Shown here: piece after piece, positions 32,774 through 33,992 of the stretch | How the letters are laid out: every line of letters begins with the position of its first letter | Numbering within the stretch: the stretch's first letter is position 1 | IMG/VR virus record: IMGVR_UViG_3300038334_000112 | DNA length: 33,992 nucleotides | DNA from: an uncultured virus (IMG/VR IMGVR_UViG_3300038334_000112) | Lineage: Duplodnaviria; Heunggongvirae; Uroviricota; Caudoviricetes | Direction: 5' to 3' (one strand) | The notes under the pieces: generated by a model | Told to the model about the DNA's origin: nothing | Database searches by the model: none | What the model saw: only the letters and a program-made list of their open reading frames with translations | Position numbers and translations under genes: made by a program

Positions 32774-33265
32774 ATGGAAGCCACGACACCAGCACCGACC
32801 ATGACCGCCGCCGAGGTCGCCGCCTTCTTGCGCCTCGACGTCGAATCGGTGTACCCGTTGGCCAGCCTGTTGAGGGGCATTAAGCTGGGGGGAGTTTGGC
32901 GCTTCCCCCGGTCGTTCATTGAAAAAGAAATATGGGAGTTGGGGAATGGCTTACAAGAAGCCCGACGGCAAGTACAAGGCCGTGCGCATGATCGGCGGGA
33001 TTCGCCGAACGCGCACGTTCGACACGAAAGCCGAGGCAAGAAAGTGGGAGGCCGAGCAGACCGCAGAGCTTTGGATGCGGCAGGAGCGGCCGATCCTTAC
33101 GGCCTTGTCGGCGGCAACAGAGTACCTGAAAGACGTAGAGGCGCGGATGGTCCGCAAGACGCTCATCGAAAAGCAGGCCGTGTTCAAGCTGCTGTTCATG
33201 ACGCTGGACCCGCAAACGCCAATGGAGGAGATCACGGCGCAGGACGCCGCGCGCTTCCTGAATAG
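32774..33265 (+). CDS. xis: Excisionase-like winged-HTH protein
   Basis: MTAAEVAAFLRLDVESVY...GIKLGGVWRF; immediately upstream of and overlapping the integrase. Confidence 0.75.
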   Translation: MEATTPAPTMTAAEVAAFLRLDVESVYPLASLLRGIKLGGVWRFPRSFIEKEIWELGNGLQEARRQVQGRAHDRRDSPNAHVRHESRGKKVGGRADRRALDAAGAADPYGLVGGNRVPERRRGADGPQDAHRKAGRVQAAVHDAGPANANGGDHGAGRRALPE

Positions 33266-33992
33266 GCAGAACGAGGACCGCGGGGGGAATGCCGCCAACG
33301 GCGACCGCAAGAACCTCGCGGCTTGGTGGACCTGGGCACAGGACGCGCTCGGCATCGAGGCGGCCAACCCGTTCCACAAGGTGCGCCGGTTCGGGGAAGT
33401 CCGCAGGGAGCGCCACGTGCCAACGGTTGAGGACATGGAAACGCTTCTGAAGAACGAGACGGGCGAGATCCACACGTTCTTGCTCACGCTGCTGCACACG
33501 GCGGCCAGGGTGGGCGAACTGTTCCGGCTACGCTGGTCCGACCTGGACTTCGAGCATCGGACCGTGAGACTCGGGACTCGCAAAAGGAAAGGCGGCAGCC
33601 TGGAGCATGACAAGGTGCCCATGACGGAAGCGCTCCGCACGGAGCTGAAGGCGCACAAGGACGGCGCCCGGAGTGTGTTCGTGTTCTGCCGGCCGAATGG
33701 GAAGCCCTACACGCAGCGCATCCACCTGATGGAGCGCTTGTGCAAGCGGCATGGGGTGCAGGAGTTCGGGTTCCACGGAATCCGGCACCTGACGGCCTCG
33801 ATGCTGGACGTGGCGGGCGTGGAGCTCTCCACAATCCAGGCCATCCTTCGGCACAAGTCGGCCACAACCACGGCGAAGTACCTGCACTCTCTGCGCGGGA
33901 CTCGTGTCGAGTTGGACCATGTGTTCGGAGGCGAAAAAAGAGCCCCCGGTCGGCAAACCGAGGGCTCGAAAGTTTTGGCGATTAGCACCTGA
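32946..33992 (+). CDS. int: Tyrosine integrase
   Basis: HTAARVGE (R), HGIRH (HxxR), ILRHKSATTTAKY (H, Y); N-terminal arm-binding segment RRTRTFDTKAEARKWE. Confidence 0.93.
   Translation: MAYKKPDGKYKAVRMIGGIRRTRTFDTKAEARKWEAEQTAELWMRQERPILTALSAATEYLKDVEARMVRKTLIEKQAVFKLLFMTLDPQTPMEEITAQDAARFLNRQNEDRGGNAANGDRKNLAAWWTWAQDALGIEAANPFHKVRRFGEVRRERHVPTVEDMETLLKNETGEIHTFLLTLLHTAARVGELFRLRWSDLDFEHRTVRLGTRKRKGGSLEHDKVPMTEALRTELKAHKDGARSVFVFCRPNGKPYTQRIHLMERLCKRHGVQEFGFHGIRHLTASMLDVAGVELSTIQAILRHKSATTTAKYLHSLRGTRVELDHVFGGEKRAPGRQTEGSKVLAIST
33934..33967 (-). terminator. Convergent intrinsic terminator within the 3' end of int
   Basis: Minus strand GAGCCCTCGGT-TTGCCG-ACCGGGGGCTC-TTTTTT. Confidence 0.7.

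Larger units (their letters stand above)
1..33992. mobile_element. Temperate prophage (contractile tail, lambdoid layout), extending beyond the left edge
   Basis: Continuous structural, packaging, replication, immunity, early-left and xis/int modules; integrase ends at the last base. Confidence 0.96.

Noticed and set aside
1..33992. Diversity-generating retroelement, retron, intron/intein, IS element, tRNA, or tailocin/GTA interpretation
   Set aside because: No reverse transcriptase, transposase, intein-sized insertion or cloverleaf was seen; head, packaging, replication, immunity and integration genes together indicate an ordinary prophage.

Overview
The window is about 34 kb of a GC-rich, apparently largely intact temperate prophage with a contractile tail (myovirus-type) and lambdoid gene organisation. 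The minus strand from about 25 kb down to position 1 carries, in order: cro and an RHH regulator; a replication/recombination module (Sak4-like ATPase, SSB-like protein, SF2 helicase, Cas4-like nuclease, TOPRIM primase-helicase, iteron-like origin, RusA); a putative late regulator; and the terminase, portal, scaffold, capsid, neck, sheath, tube, chaperone, tape-measure and baseplate genes, the last cut off at position 1. The plus strand from 25 kb carries cI, two accessory genes (zinc-ribbon membrane protein, exported PLD/Nuc nuclease) and the early-left operon (small ORFs, a 9-aa repeat protein, MazG-like protein, C5 methyltransferase, xis, tyrosine integrase). The most notable observations are: a lambda pR'-like late control cassette next to a gene not recognisable as Q; matched OR/OL operators with an apparently leaderless cro; a methyltransferase with 7 tandem TRD-like repeats; a shared N-terminal FD[F/L] motif across replication proteins; a candidate two-gene exclusion module in the rexAB position; and a -1 frameshift in the tail chaperone. 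Lysis genes, tail fibres and att sites are not visible. All product calls come from motif recognition and gene order; no database search was run.
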